From Catajapyx aquilonaris (Eukaryota): a stretch of 64,000 nt of DNA. A model generated the notes under the pieces. The model was not told where the DNA came from and searched no databases. It was given only the letters and a program-made list of their open reading frames with translations. Each line of letters opens with the position of its first letter. Position 1 is the first letter of the stretch. This document shows positions 1 to 10,760 of the stretch, one piece after another. The stretch spans positions 1 to 64,000 of the forward strand of contig KZ538017.1 of the NCBI GenBank assembly GCA_000934665.2. Reading direction: 5' to 3'. A program made the position numbers and the translations under genes.

Positions 1-96
1 TTCGTCTCTCAGGAAAACTGCTTATACCCTCGGAATCAGGATTTTCTGCCCGATTTTTAGAATCCAACTTGTATTTTGAGTGGAGTGTCCCTTTAA
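1..96. mobile_element. Probable terminus of a TTAA-targeting DNA transposon (Kolobok-like), truncated by the window edge
   Basis: Minus strand reads TTAA-AGGGACACTCCACTCAAAATACAAGTTGG (TTAA at 93-96). It abruptly ends the homology between the adjacent repeat and its inverted copy at 9445-9543. Confidence 0.35.
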
Positions 97-450
97 ATCA
101 ATTGGTGAAGGTCTTACGTGCGCCTGTCTTGTTTCAGTACCTTTATTCCGGCGCGGAGGTCTTACTTCTCTTTTTTTTTTACCGAAGGGAAAGTTTTTGA
201 TCTAATCAATTAAGAAAGGGGGCGTGTCCCGAAACGCCAATATATAGAGGGAGTTAATAGACACCAGGTCAGGTCAAGCTTGTAAAATGGGGGCGTGTGA
301 TGGCCTCTTTAAGACCATCAGCTTCCTCTCTACAGATTTCCCCTGCAGGTACTCCCGCGATCCCAATGGTAAAGTGGGCCTACGAAAGCAAGATACATCA
401 CTCCTGCAGCAGGTCCTTCAGTCTGTGGTTAGACCTTTATTGACACTCAC

Positions 451-597
451 CTGATGGTATGCCGGATTGGGATATGTCTGCATAAACCGAGCCTTGCACC
501 CTGACTCCAGCAGCATCCGTCGATAGTCCCGCAGGATCATAAAGAAGGAGACGATGGCCGTCCAGGTCAAGCCAGCAGGCAAGATCTTCTTCGTCAT
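451..597 (-). pseudogene. Signal-peptide exon of small secreted-peptide paralog 1, probably frameshifted
   Basis: ATG at 597 in the context CTGAACGACCATGACG shared with paralogs at 3451 and 6488. Reads MTKKILPAGLTWTAIVSFFMIL, with a GTGAGT donor at 450. One extra base after ILL/MIL would restore the paralogous frame (ILAGLSTDAAG) and a phase-1 intron. Confidence 0.5.
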
Positions 598-834
598 GGT
601 CGTTCAGATGGTTCTGAGGATGTATGAAAGGTTAATCGTATAAGTGGACTGTTTGCGATCGGACTCGAGTCAGAAGATGCAGTGAGTGGAGGTGTTGAAG
701 GTGCCTTTCCTTGGTTGAGAGAAGGCCAGCCCCCTGTTGGGAAATCACATCCGCAAAAACTGAACAAAAGGCATCGGCAGATGCTCCAAACAGATGTGAT
801 GATTCACTTCTTCTCTTTCCTTCCAATAAGGTGA

Positions 835-2244
835 GACTAATAATAGATCGGACTAACTTCATTTGCTGGCGCCGATGGGAATGTAACTTGCAAGCAGTGG
901 CGGATGAGAGGCCAACCCAGTCGTCATTATTGGTGACAACGGTACCGAAGAAGTCCAGCGCTGGCCTCATCTTCGTGAAGGAGGATGAGTTTTTATTATC
1001 CGGAAACCAATGGAGGATCGTCTTCGATGTCAACATGGAACAAATTGAACCAGATGATGACGCAGTTGACTGACGAGACGCGACGTCTGAAGAATCAACG
1101 TGCTAATATATTCTTGCGTATAGTGACAGTCAGCTCAATCAGATGTGGCAATTCCAGAGCCGGATGGGTCGAGTTTGAGGAAAAGACCCCTCCTATAATG
1201 ACAGTTTTACAACACGTGTGCTTACAGATACCCGACAGATGACCGACGCAGAGTTGACATATGTCGAGGGTGAATTGAATTTATTGGCAGAGAAAGTCAG
1301 GAAATTCGTGAGTTTACTGGGTGTAATGGAACCTAATAGGGCAAAGAGAGGTTTGGATTGTGATTTAGGCGGGATACTATTGAAAAGCATATTTGGGGTT
1401 AGTAATGATGCACAGAAGATTAATGTCCAGATGAACAGGCTAGCGGGGGAGACAAGAGGAAAATAATTCGCCTCAATAACTTACAAGCAACGGTGATCAT
1501 TAAAATGGGTGAATCGATTCAGGATAATACCAGGTCCATCAAACATTTAGTCGACACACTGAGAATTTTCCTGACAAATTTCGAGCATAGTGTTAAACCC
1601 TATAAGCCTGTGCCTTTGACTCATAATGGACAGTGGTTGTTCAACACTGCCGAGGAGATTAAGTTACACATAGGCTGCCCCAAGTCCGACAAGGACGCTG
1701 GACATACGAGTCATGTAAATTGTTGAGTGGTACTGGACGTGTGGTCATTCCAATGGGTTGCTCAGCCCATGCCCACAGGGCTGCGCATTGGAACGAGGAC
1801 ACAATGGAGGAAACAAGTGGATGGTCAATTTATTTTCCCTAATTTGGACGGTGTATATTAACCGATGTAGAACATCTGTTTGTTGCTGCCCGCCAGCATG
1901 TGAATTTACATCATAAAAATGTAAGTAAAGTTATACAAATGTTGAGAGAAACTGAAAACATTGTTGGTAACCATGAGTACCAGGTGCCACTAACACTGTT
2001 CCAACACTCACTGAAATAAATAAATGAAAGGGATAATGATAATTTGCTAAATGATGTCAGTAGTTTATACCATTCACCGTTTTTAATTGTGTCATATTTT
2101 ATAGTAGGGCTTTTATTTGCTTTAGGTCATGGGTTGCATGTCTATATAGGAGGCCCCAGAGCGGCATCCCAAGCCTTTCCCTTCGCACCTTACCCCCAAA
2201 GTTCAAGTAGTAATAATGTTAATAATACAAGTGGAAAACAGTAA
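835..2244 (+). pseudogene. env: Decayed envelope (env, class I fusion, F-like) gene of an errantivirus-like LTR retroelement
   Basis: Consecutive frameshifted ORF pieces: GLIFVKEDEFLLSGNQWRIVFDVN; furin site RAKR (1338-1349) followed by fusion-peptide-like GLDCDLGGILLKSIFGV; heptad-like segment; Cys-containing region; C-terminal hydrophobic TM-like SPFLIVSYFIVGLLFALG. Followed by a PPT and LTR start. Confidence 0.75.
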
Positions 2245-2578
2245 TCATTGACCCGTCATACAGGAACAGACCGGCAAAAAGACGGGGTTGTAACATGGAC
2301 CCAAAAACATTTTGAATCGACCCCCACTGTGGATGGAAGCATTCCTGCATGGTGTTGCGAGGATCAGAGGTGGCCAACTCTGAATAATTATCCGCAATAC
2401 CCTACCTGGTATGATCCAGATTGCCTATATCTGATGCGCATATTGAACGTTCTAAAGTATTGCGTTTTGAATGTTTTATTTTGAATTCAGGAGCGCTCGT
2501 TGACCCTGATGGCACTCCACTTTTCCAGCCATCCTGCTTGCCGCAGACTTGAATAGTTAGGATAACTATACAAACTTT

Positions 2579-2875
2579 TAAGGAGGGGGAATAATTGTTA
2601 CACTTTGCATTGTTGGATCTGAGACCATAATTATATGGTTCGAACGCGGGGTTGTTTAGGACCTGGAGGCTGCCCGACTATTAAGATACTAAAGTGTACG
2701 ATCAGCATCAGTGACGTGAGCCGTAAGGACATTGTCACCAAAACAGAGGCGTTGGTCGTACGTGCCTGGGAGAGCAACTTCCTGTACACACAACCCGAGG
2801 GGATAAAAAGGGGGTGATCGCCCCAGAGCAGCAGCACCTTTTTATTTTCGAGTCCGTCGAGAGTGAGTGAGAACA
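2579..2875 (+). mobile_element. Polypurine tract and truncated 3' LTR of the env-bearing retroelement
   Basis: AAGGAGGGGGAA purine tract just before TGTTAC (2596), about 350 bp after the env TM segment. TATA-like GGATAAAAAGGGG near 2800. Right boundary approximate. Confidence 0.55.
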
Positions 2876-3067
2876 GTGATCATGGGTATGTAACTATTTA
2901 TTTGTTATTGATCCATCGTCCTTCTTTGAAAAACCACTGAAGCCAATCCCAGGTCAGCACAGGTCAAGTGCAACAGACACATCGGGCTGCTCACTTCTGT
3001 ATACGCTTGACCAAAATACAGTCCCTGGTCCGTCCGATGATCATCGTCATGGTGGACTCTGAAGGCC

Positions 3068-3451
3068 TCATATGAGCTGTTTCACCGGGCAATCACCTGA
3101 GAACATGCACCCCCCCCTCACATAAAGTTAGCCCCAAACCGCTTAGATCCTTGCATTTCGCCTTGCAGTCATCGCATTCTGCGAAGGAGAAGAAGAGGCA
3201 CAAAGGGAGGCGTCATTACTCGTCACCATTATCACCAACGTCATATTTCTAGATCAGGTCATCAGGTCAAGCTTGTAAAATGAGGCATAGTGTGGTCTAT
3301 TTCGAACAACTTCCTATCTTTCTAATATATGGTTACACAGTGGATACTCACTATCAGCAGCCACTCCACCATCCATGGCCAGTGCCAGGATCAAGAAGAA
3401 GGAGACGGCCACGATGGTCAGCATCCAGGTCGGCATGATCCTAGTCGTCAT
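3068..3451 (-). CDS. Two-exon small secreted cysteine-rich peptide gene (paralog 2), with a 1-nt frameshift in a G8 run as assembled
   Basis: Exon 1 3451-3352 (MTTRIMPTWMLTIVAVSFFLILALAMDGGVAAD, GTGAGT donor, phase 1). Exon 2 starts at 3178 after a pyrimidine tract and CAG: KCDDCKAKCKDLSGLGLTLCEGG. It ends VHVLR* as assembled, or CMFSGDCPVKQLI* (stop 3068) with G7. AATAAA at 2902-2897. Confidence 0.65.
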
Positions 3452-4498
3452 GGTCGTTCAGAAGGTTCTGAGAATGGACAAAAGGGTATTATTCCTTTAT
3501 GAACAAGTGGATTGATTGTTTCAGCAGGAGAGGTGTGTGGACTTGGGTGTGGAGGCACGTCTGATCGAGTCAGAAGATGCAGTGAGTGGAGGTATATCGA
3601 ATAAGGTGCCACTTTCCTATAGGCCGGGAGAGAGAACCTTTCTTTTTTGCGCTGTGAAATATATTATTAGATCTGCAACGCTGGCATACATCACTTATTG
3701 AAAGGGAAACAAAAGGAATCGGCAGATGCTCCAAACAGATGTGCCGATTCACTTAGCTTCTCTTTCTTTCCAAGGTGAATCCGACCCTTTCATAGTTTGC
3801 ATAACTTGCAAAAAGGGATAGTTGCGATTTCACTATTTTTCTGCGTGATGCTCATTTTGTGTTGCAAATTTAATGGATGATATAGCCGGTGACGTTATTA
3901 GTGACAAAGTGGGCCTTTAAAATTATTTAATATTTCGATGGAGTCATAAACTCCAACCTGTGTGAAAATATTTAACACGACATACATGATAAATAGCTGT
4001 AAATAAGAGTGGAATTCCGAAGTACATTTTCCCTGGTGACCGCCATTTTGACGAATAAATTAATTACGGGGCTAATTAAAGCCTAAAAACATGGGGTCTG
4101 GGGCTTTTTTTATGTTCGGGAAGGGATGTATACGTATAGTATCAGTTCCGTAAATATATGGCATCTTCTCTGCCAGAAGTGAAAATAATATTCGTGTGGC
4201 TCTTTCTGACGTTCCAACGAACCCCACTACATGGTCAGCTCAGGAAAAGACTCGTGACATTAAGGTCCAGTACCGTATTTATCTTTCTTGGGCCATTGAA
4301 GGTCCGGACCCACCCCGGGTAAAGGCATGGATTTTAATAATTTTCATATGGTACCACAGGGTTAATTTTTGGAAATAGAAACATGTGCAGCAAGGGTATA
4401 AAATAAGGGCCTATCAAGACAGGACATTCGGCCATTAGCCTATGATGTCCTGTACAGGCGCGTATAGGCAGAAAATAATATCGGGGGGGGGGGGGGGC

Positions 4499-4568
4499 NN
4501 NNNNNNNNNNNNNNNNNNNNNNNNNNNNNNNNNNNNNNNNNNNNNNNNNNNNNNNNNNNNNNNNNNNN
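4499..4568. other. Assembly gap flanked by poly-G
   Basis: Run of N between G homopolymers. Confidence 0.99.
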
Positions 4569-5452
4569 GGGGGGGGGGGGGGGGGGAGGGGTTCACGGTC
4601 TTGTGGGAGATTTGAATGGGTGCGTTTTTGATGAAATTGGTAGCACTTTTTCCAAAAAACTAATGAATTAGTAATTTTTAATGCTATTTCAGAATGTCCT
4701 GTATATCGTCGCGGTCCGGACAAAATTACGTCGCGGTCCGACAGTTGAATAGCCCTGCTGTAGACAGATGCGATGTCACACGAAATGGAACAATGTCACG
4801 TACGTGCTCTTCTTGTTCTTTGCTGCCTATATTGTTCGAATCCATGTTCGACGAATTACGTATCCAGACAAATGGTGGAGAGATCATGGCACAAATATAT
4901 TCATAGTAATAATCGATCTTCAAAGGTCGTATCATTGGCGAATAGACGTGTGCACATGTGTGCAGCCAGCTGCTGCTTCTCCACATCATCCGAGCACTCG
5001 ATCGAGCCTGCAGGCATGTGACTGCGTACACGTTGCCCATATTTCTCAATGTCGAGGAAATGGGCATCAGTTTCAAGGTTAAGGTGTCATTCATGCCCTT
5101 TGGACCTCATTTGGAGTCTGCAGCTTCAAAGCTTCTTTCTCTAGGGGCTGTAGTGTTTATCTAGATACCGTATAGTGAAAGTGTCTGGACCAGTTAGATA
5201 GTACCCCTCGAAGACACAATAAAGACAAGCCTTAAGATGCCCGCGACGTGCTGCAGTCGAAGCGTTTTCATGGGGCTGAGGCAGGACATATTAATTCCCG
5301 AGTCACGACCCACTCATCATTAGTTGTCTTAAAAAATTTATACGTATTCATTCACATGCACTTGACTTGATTGATATTGCTTGATGCTATAGGTTTCTGT
5401 GCACACACAAAAGGGGATAGGTGGTGGTGGTGGTGGGTATACATAAGTGTGC

Positions 5453-5453
<1 letters not shown>

Positions 5454-5515
<62 letters not shown>
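5454..5515. repeat. (ATC)n microsatellite
   Basis: About 20 perfect ATC units; explains the poly-H/S/D ORFs. Confidence 0.97.
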
Positions 5516-5519
<4 letters not shown>

Positions 5520-6307
5520 TGGGTCAGTTTGGTCTCGTTGTCCATCAGACTCTCCGAAGGACAATCACATGGACTGTGATGGTCTCTAATTTACTGCTTC
5601 TCTGTTATGTCAGGCTTGTTTTCCAGAAGTGAATCATGAAGTTTTCACGGACTGTGAATGGGGACGATATAGATGCAAAGAGAGGCGTGAGTACACCGTC
5701 ACCCACCACTCTAGTCCACCTACCAGTGTCACCAGCTGCATCAGAATGAATAAGCCGAGATAAGAAATAACCTGAACAACTAGTGCGGTATTGGTGTTTT
5801 ACAATAAGAAGGGTGCGTGACGACCCGACTCTTCAGGAGATGAGCCAGGTCAAGGGTCACAGATGCCCCATACATTCATTGACGAAGATTCTTTCCCACT
5901 AACTTCATCCCGTGTAGCTCGTGTCAGCGAATGGTCATTTCCCGAGATATACCCTGGCTCCCAGACTAATATATGGAACCCTTGTTGATCTTGGTTGACC
6001 TCGTGGCAGGAGAACTGGAGCTTCCTCTCTCAAGACCAGAGGTTCTTAACCTGTGGTGCGAGCACGGTGCACCTCGGGACTTATATAGTCTAACTCGGTC
6101 TAACTATGGACTTAATCAATCACCCATGCGACAAGGACCAACTCTCTTCGAAGGGGTGCGGACCACTGCCCCTCTACTCGCAATGGTGGTTGACGTGGTG
6201 GTGGATAAAGAGCGAGAGAAGGAGGATATAATTATGGCACTCATGCAAGTCATACAGTCCGCGGCTACACCTTTGGCACTCACGTACACTGCTGGTGTAT
6301 TGCATTC

Positions 6308-6488
6308 TCAAAAAATAAGGCGCCATAATGATCCGTTAGCAGCATCCACTTCGGAATGGAAGTTATCCTCGAAATAAGAGTCGACTCCATCACCCATCGC
6401 CAGTCCCAGGCTCCAGAAGAATGAGACGGCCACGAACACGATGGTCGTCCCTGGAGGTCAAACAGACAGGGAAGATCTCCTTCGTCAT
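6308..6488 (-). pseudogene. Signal-peptide exon of small secreted-peptide paralog 3, frameshifted
   Basis: Same 16-nt start context. MTKEIFPVCLTSR, then after removing one base TTIVFVAVSFFWSLGLAMGDGVDS, matching TIVAVSFFLILALAMDGGV of paralog 2. Confidence 0.5.
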
Positions 6489-7617
6489 GGTCGTTCAGAC
6501 GGTTATTCAGGTGAGGATGGGTGAAGGGCTGTTATTCGTTTCAGTCTAGGTTTGCAGGAGAGGTGTTGAGGCACTTCCTATCAGGCCAGACTCGACAGAT
6601 ATGCAGTAGTGAGTGAGGGTATTATTATGATGGTGACCTTGGCTGAGAGAGGTTCCCTATAGGGCGTTTGGAAATCACATCTATGCAACGTGCAACCAGG
6701 CCACAAAAATGCTGTGGTGTTTTTCTCATCGCTTTTGTCCTTACTTCAGGTCTACGATATACATTTCTGTTGTTTGCTCGCATGGAGTGTGCTGGGAGTG
6801 ATTTATATTTTTCCGAAGCAATATGCAGTAGCTTTGAGAAATTTGCCCCGATACGTAAAGGGCACAATACACACGACGAGTGTCGCTTCAATTTCGTTCG
6901 CGCAACTTTTGTTTCGGCAAGCATGCCTTTTGGACATGATTGTTACAGCAACCATGACAAGGCAAACTTGCTCGGATTGCACTGCACATTTGTTGTCCTG
7001 TTTGTCTGTGCAGCTCGGAACATCATATTTCATTGTAATTACAAGTTTAGCGCGATTTTCAGGCTGAGCGGACAGTAGTTTTAGAATGCACTTGAAATAT
7101 AACCGTCATTTGCATAATTTTTAACCGTACGTCGGCTAACTTGGCTTGCAGAATAAGTAGCTACTTATTTGGTGGGGAGGCCACGAGATGCTTTCAGGAG
7201 GAAGGTCCAGGAGGAGGATGGAGCCAGCCACCACAGGTTGGCCACCAGCCAGGACTGTTAATAAGCTTATTCGAAAATCGCGCGCCTAGGGAGCAGGGGT
7301 GCCAACCAGTCCGTGAATTATTCCGTTCGATTATATTTTTTAAAACATTCCACCATTTTATTTCCCGACTATAACTGGCTGCAGTGTCCAGATCAAGTGG
7401 TGTCCACTCTTGCTGTCCGATTCGTCCAGGTTGTTACGATGCTCGCTTGTTTTTCCTGTGTGTGTGGCGTCTGGTGGTCTGGACAAAGATGGCGGCGCCC
7501 AGTCAGACCCTTTGAGAGGAACGACAGCACGTGTCTGTCTCTTCTTCTTCTTCTTCTACAGTTCTTCCCGGCTTCAAACCTTTGCCTGCGGGGCTCCTGG
7601 TTGAGGAAGGCGCAGGG

Positions 7618-8949
7618 ATGAGCTGCAGGCCGAAGAGATGGATGCTGCGGGATGAGGTGGACGGGAAGGAAAAGGTTTGTGTCTGACACACTCGTGATGC
7701 CTTGAGAGTTGGCTTCAATGACATTGTTCCATATGTTCCAGGCCAATGGTCGCTTCCCCGACGAGATTCTCCTCAGGATCTTCAGCCACCTGGGCCAACG
7801 GGACCTACTGCTGGGGGCCGCCCTGGTGTGCAAGGACTGGGCCAGGGTGGCCACGGACCCTACGCTGTGGAAGGAGGTGGGGCTGCGCGGGTGGAAGTTG
7901 ACCATGGAGAGGGCCAAGGGACTCATCCGGCACATGACGTGGCTGAAGAAGGTGCAGCTGGTCGATTGGAGGGATCCCATCGAGAGTGTGGATGCACTGC
8001 TGCTCCTCATTGCAGAACGGCATCCCAAGTTGGAAGTGATGGACCTCTATCATTGCGAGTTCATCTCCTTGGATTGTCTGGAGCAGGTGGCCTCCAGGTG
8101 AGTAGGATCCTAATGTTCCAACTGCAATCTAATGTGCTCAGAAAGAATAACATCGACACAGTCATGCGTAATGCTTATTCCCTTTCCCTTGTTTTGAGCA
8201 GCTGCACTGACATTAAGGAACTGAGGGTGACGTGGGGCTATATGCTACAACCGAATCATCGCCACATATTTGACATGTTTGGCAGCAGTTCCAAACTGGA
8301 GAAGATCACTCTGGAGTATAACAGGTTCTCATCTGGTTCTGATCTGGACGCATCGATGAGAAGGGATTGGCCTCAACTGAGGGAAGTCAACATGTCCGTG
8401 CTCCATGGTGGTGAAGCAGAGTTGGAGGTGGTGTGCAGGAGTGCTGCAGGGTCTCTTCGGAAGCTTAGGGCTTTTCCCTTGGTTGGACCTGCGGCCCTGG
8501 TTCATCTCAAACAGTGCACTCTGCTGGAAGACTTGAGTCTCAAGGTACACAATTTAAGTCATCTGAATGCGGCCATTGGAAACCTGAGGAACCTCCGCCG
8601 GCTTGATCTGCATGTATTGGCATTAGACGTGGTCTGGGACTCGTTCTTCTCCATGCAGGAAGTATTTCAGAAACTTGAGAGGATTGACTTGAAGAGATCT
8701 CACAATGTAAGTGACGCCACCCTCTCTTTGATTGCCAGAAACTGCCCTGAACTGACCAGCATTTGCTTGCTCAATGACAAGATAACCAGGAATGGGCTGG
8801 GAGATCTTATTCTCACCCGATACGACAAACTCAAGTCTCTGGAAGTGAATTTTCAATACCGTACAGTACTTGTCCCCAGAGATTTGAAATTATTGCACAC
8901 CCTTTTCCCACGCGTAGATGTCGTACCATATGGTGGGGACACAGATTAG
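7618..8949 (+). CDS. F-box / leucine-rich-repeat protein (FBXL-like), 3 coding exons, 386 aa
   Basis: Exons 7618-7674, 7742-8097 and 8202-8949 join in frame through GT-AG introns (phase 0, phase 2). F-box motif FPDEILLRIFSHL...AALVCKDWARVATDPTLW. LRR units such as LEKITL, LRNLRRLDL, LERIDL and NVSDATLSLIARNCPELTSICL. Confidence 0.9.
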
Positions 8950-10527
8950 CCTGACAATTTCCGGTTGGATAATTTCTTAACTTCTTTTGTGAGCCGCTGA
9001 AGAGTGTTTGTGACATAACTGCCATTCCGACCAGTAATTTTTTATTGTTCTCAGGTTTTTGTACTCCTTTTGTATACGGGTAATAAATTGCCAGTTGAAG
9101 CGCACTTGCTCCCGTGTCTTCCTGCCTGTTTGGCGTAAAAGCATGAAGCGGAACTTGCTTGCTTGCAGAATAAGCCTGCTTTATGCGGAGAGGCCAAGAG
9201 ATGTGTTCAAGAGGAGGAGGGTCCAAGAGGAGGAGGAGGTCAGCACAGGTAGGTCACCTGCAGGAGGTCACCAGTAAGGAGCCTGCCTTACATTAGGACC
9301 GTTCAATTTAAAATCCAAATCTTGCACGCCTTGTGAGCAGGGGTGCCAACTGCACGCTCTACGAGACACTGTGTGATTTCTACACCATGTATTGTTGAAT
9401 GAGGCATCATTGTACTTATTACTATTTTAAAAAGAACAAAAATAAGAGCAAAAACATTCCCTTCAGTGAAAAAAAAGCTAGGCTCTGTGGCGGAATGAAA
9501 CAATAAGGCAGGTGCACGTAAGACCTTCACCAATTGATTTAAGCTGTAGGTACATAGGTCTTACTTTTAAAGCAATTATTCTGAAGTTGGAAGATGGAAT
9601 GGCTCGTAAAAAGTTGTACTACCGAAAATTACTTATAGCAGTGTAATCAGGGGAACATGCGAACCGATATATCGATACCGAGATATCATAGCCTAGACCG
9701 TGGCCTAGACGGCGCGGCGCGACGCGACGCGACGTGTCGAACATCCCGGCAGCCGAGGACTTGCATGGCAAACATCATGTCCACCGTCAGCAGGAATTAA
9801 TATAGCTTTGGATGAGAAGCCAGGGTCTATAAATCCCCGACACACTTGGGAACAATCCAACGATAAAGGCCGCCCGTAAAGTACAGACAAGACTTGTAAT
9901 GATATAGAGTGAACCGGAGTGAACCCACAGAAAACCGGAAGTGGCGGGTCACCAGCAGTTGACCATGACACCTGTTTGGGTCACGCTTCATCCGAATCTG
10001 AAAACCGTTTGTCGATATCTCTTGCGGTTTAGGCCCTGATACCTGTCCACGGACAGACGGACGGACGGACAGTGCGGTTTTTTTTATATAAAAATCGACG
10101 AGAAAAAGTCTTAAAATGCGTCATAGAGACCGATTTTTTTACAGATTTTATGAAGATATACAGGGTCACTCTAAAATCAGGAAACACAATTATATTCTCT
10201 CTCACTTTTATTAGCAGGGTGTCCATGAGCTGATTGATGTGCCATGTGCGCAGTTGTTTGGCCCTATGTGTCTGTCTGTCTGTCGTCACCCTGGCGATAA
10301 ATCTGGTGCTATTCCTCCGGTTGGCTTCTGCTGCTGCCTGCTGGGCTCTCTCTTCATCCATCCATCCAACCCCCATTGGCCAGCCCTTGCGTCTGGCGCC
10401 GTCGCCGACGTCGGTTCTCTCTAGCTGCTACTCCCTCCCTCCCTCCCTCCCTCCCTACACACACACACATGCTGCTGCTTGCACATCACGGCGGCGCCTC
10501 GTCTAAAGCCGCCTCTTTCGGTGCTCA

Positions 10528-10760
10528 TCAGTTGGTCGGACACTAGCTGGGAGGAAGCTCCTTTGTTGCGTCTTGTGCTGGTCACAACCCACTTTTAATC
10601 ATTGTCATTATTGCCAGCCAGTAACAATCGGACCGCCCCTTGTTGTGGTGCAATCTGAGCTATAGTCTGTGCTGCGCTTGCACCATCCGCAGTACGTGTG
10701 TGTCATAAGCAGCAGGCAGTGCTGTGTGCATCGAGCTGCGAGGAGGAACTATACTCTCAG
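10528..10760 (+). promoter_or_regulatory. Probable transcription start (Inr TCAGTT) and non-coding first exon of the GPCR gene
   Basis: TCAGTT at 10528 after a CT/CA-rich promoter-like stretch. CAG|GTCAGT donor at 10761, the same donor hexamer used by two coding exons. Matching acceptor TTTCAG at 13218 upstream of the ATG. Confidence 0.45.

Noticed and set aside
269..379. Second exon for peptide paralog 1 (would give an 85-aa product)
   Set aside because: The acceptor is plausible, but part of this segment aligns with the intron of paralog 2, so it is not trusted as coding.
5352..5632. Poly-His/Ser/Asp ORFs
   Set aside because: Translations of an (ATC)n microsatellite.
6625..7078. Cys-containing ORFs, possible piggyBac C-terminal remnant
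   Set aside because: Only a vague CxxC resemblance; no catalytic-domain motifs or termini.
7702..8949. Single 415-aa ORF as the gene
   Set aside because: Its first ~165 codons are off-frame or intronic; the F-box is in another frame and joins by splicing.
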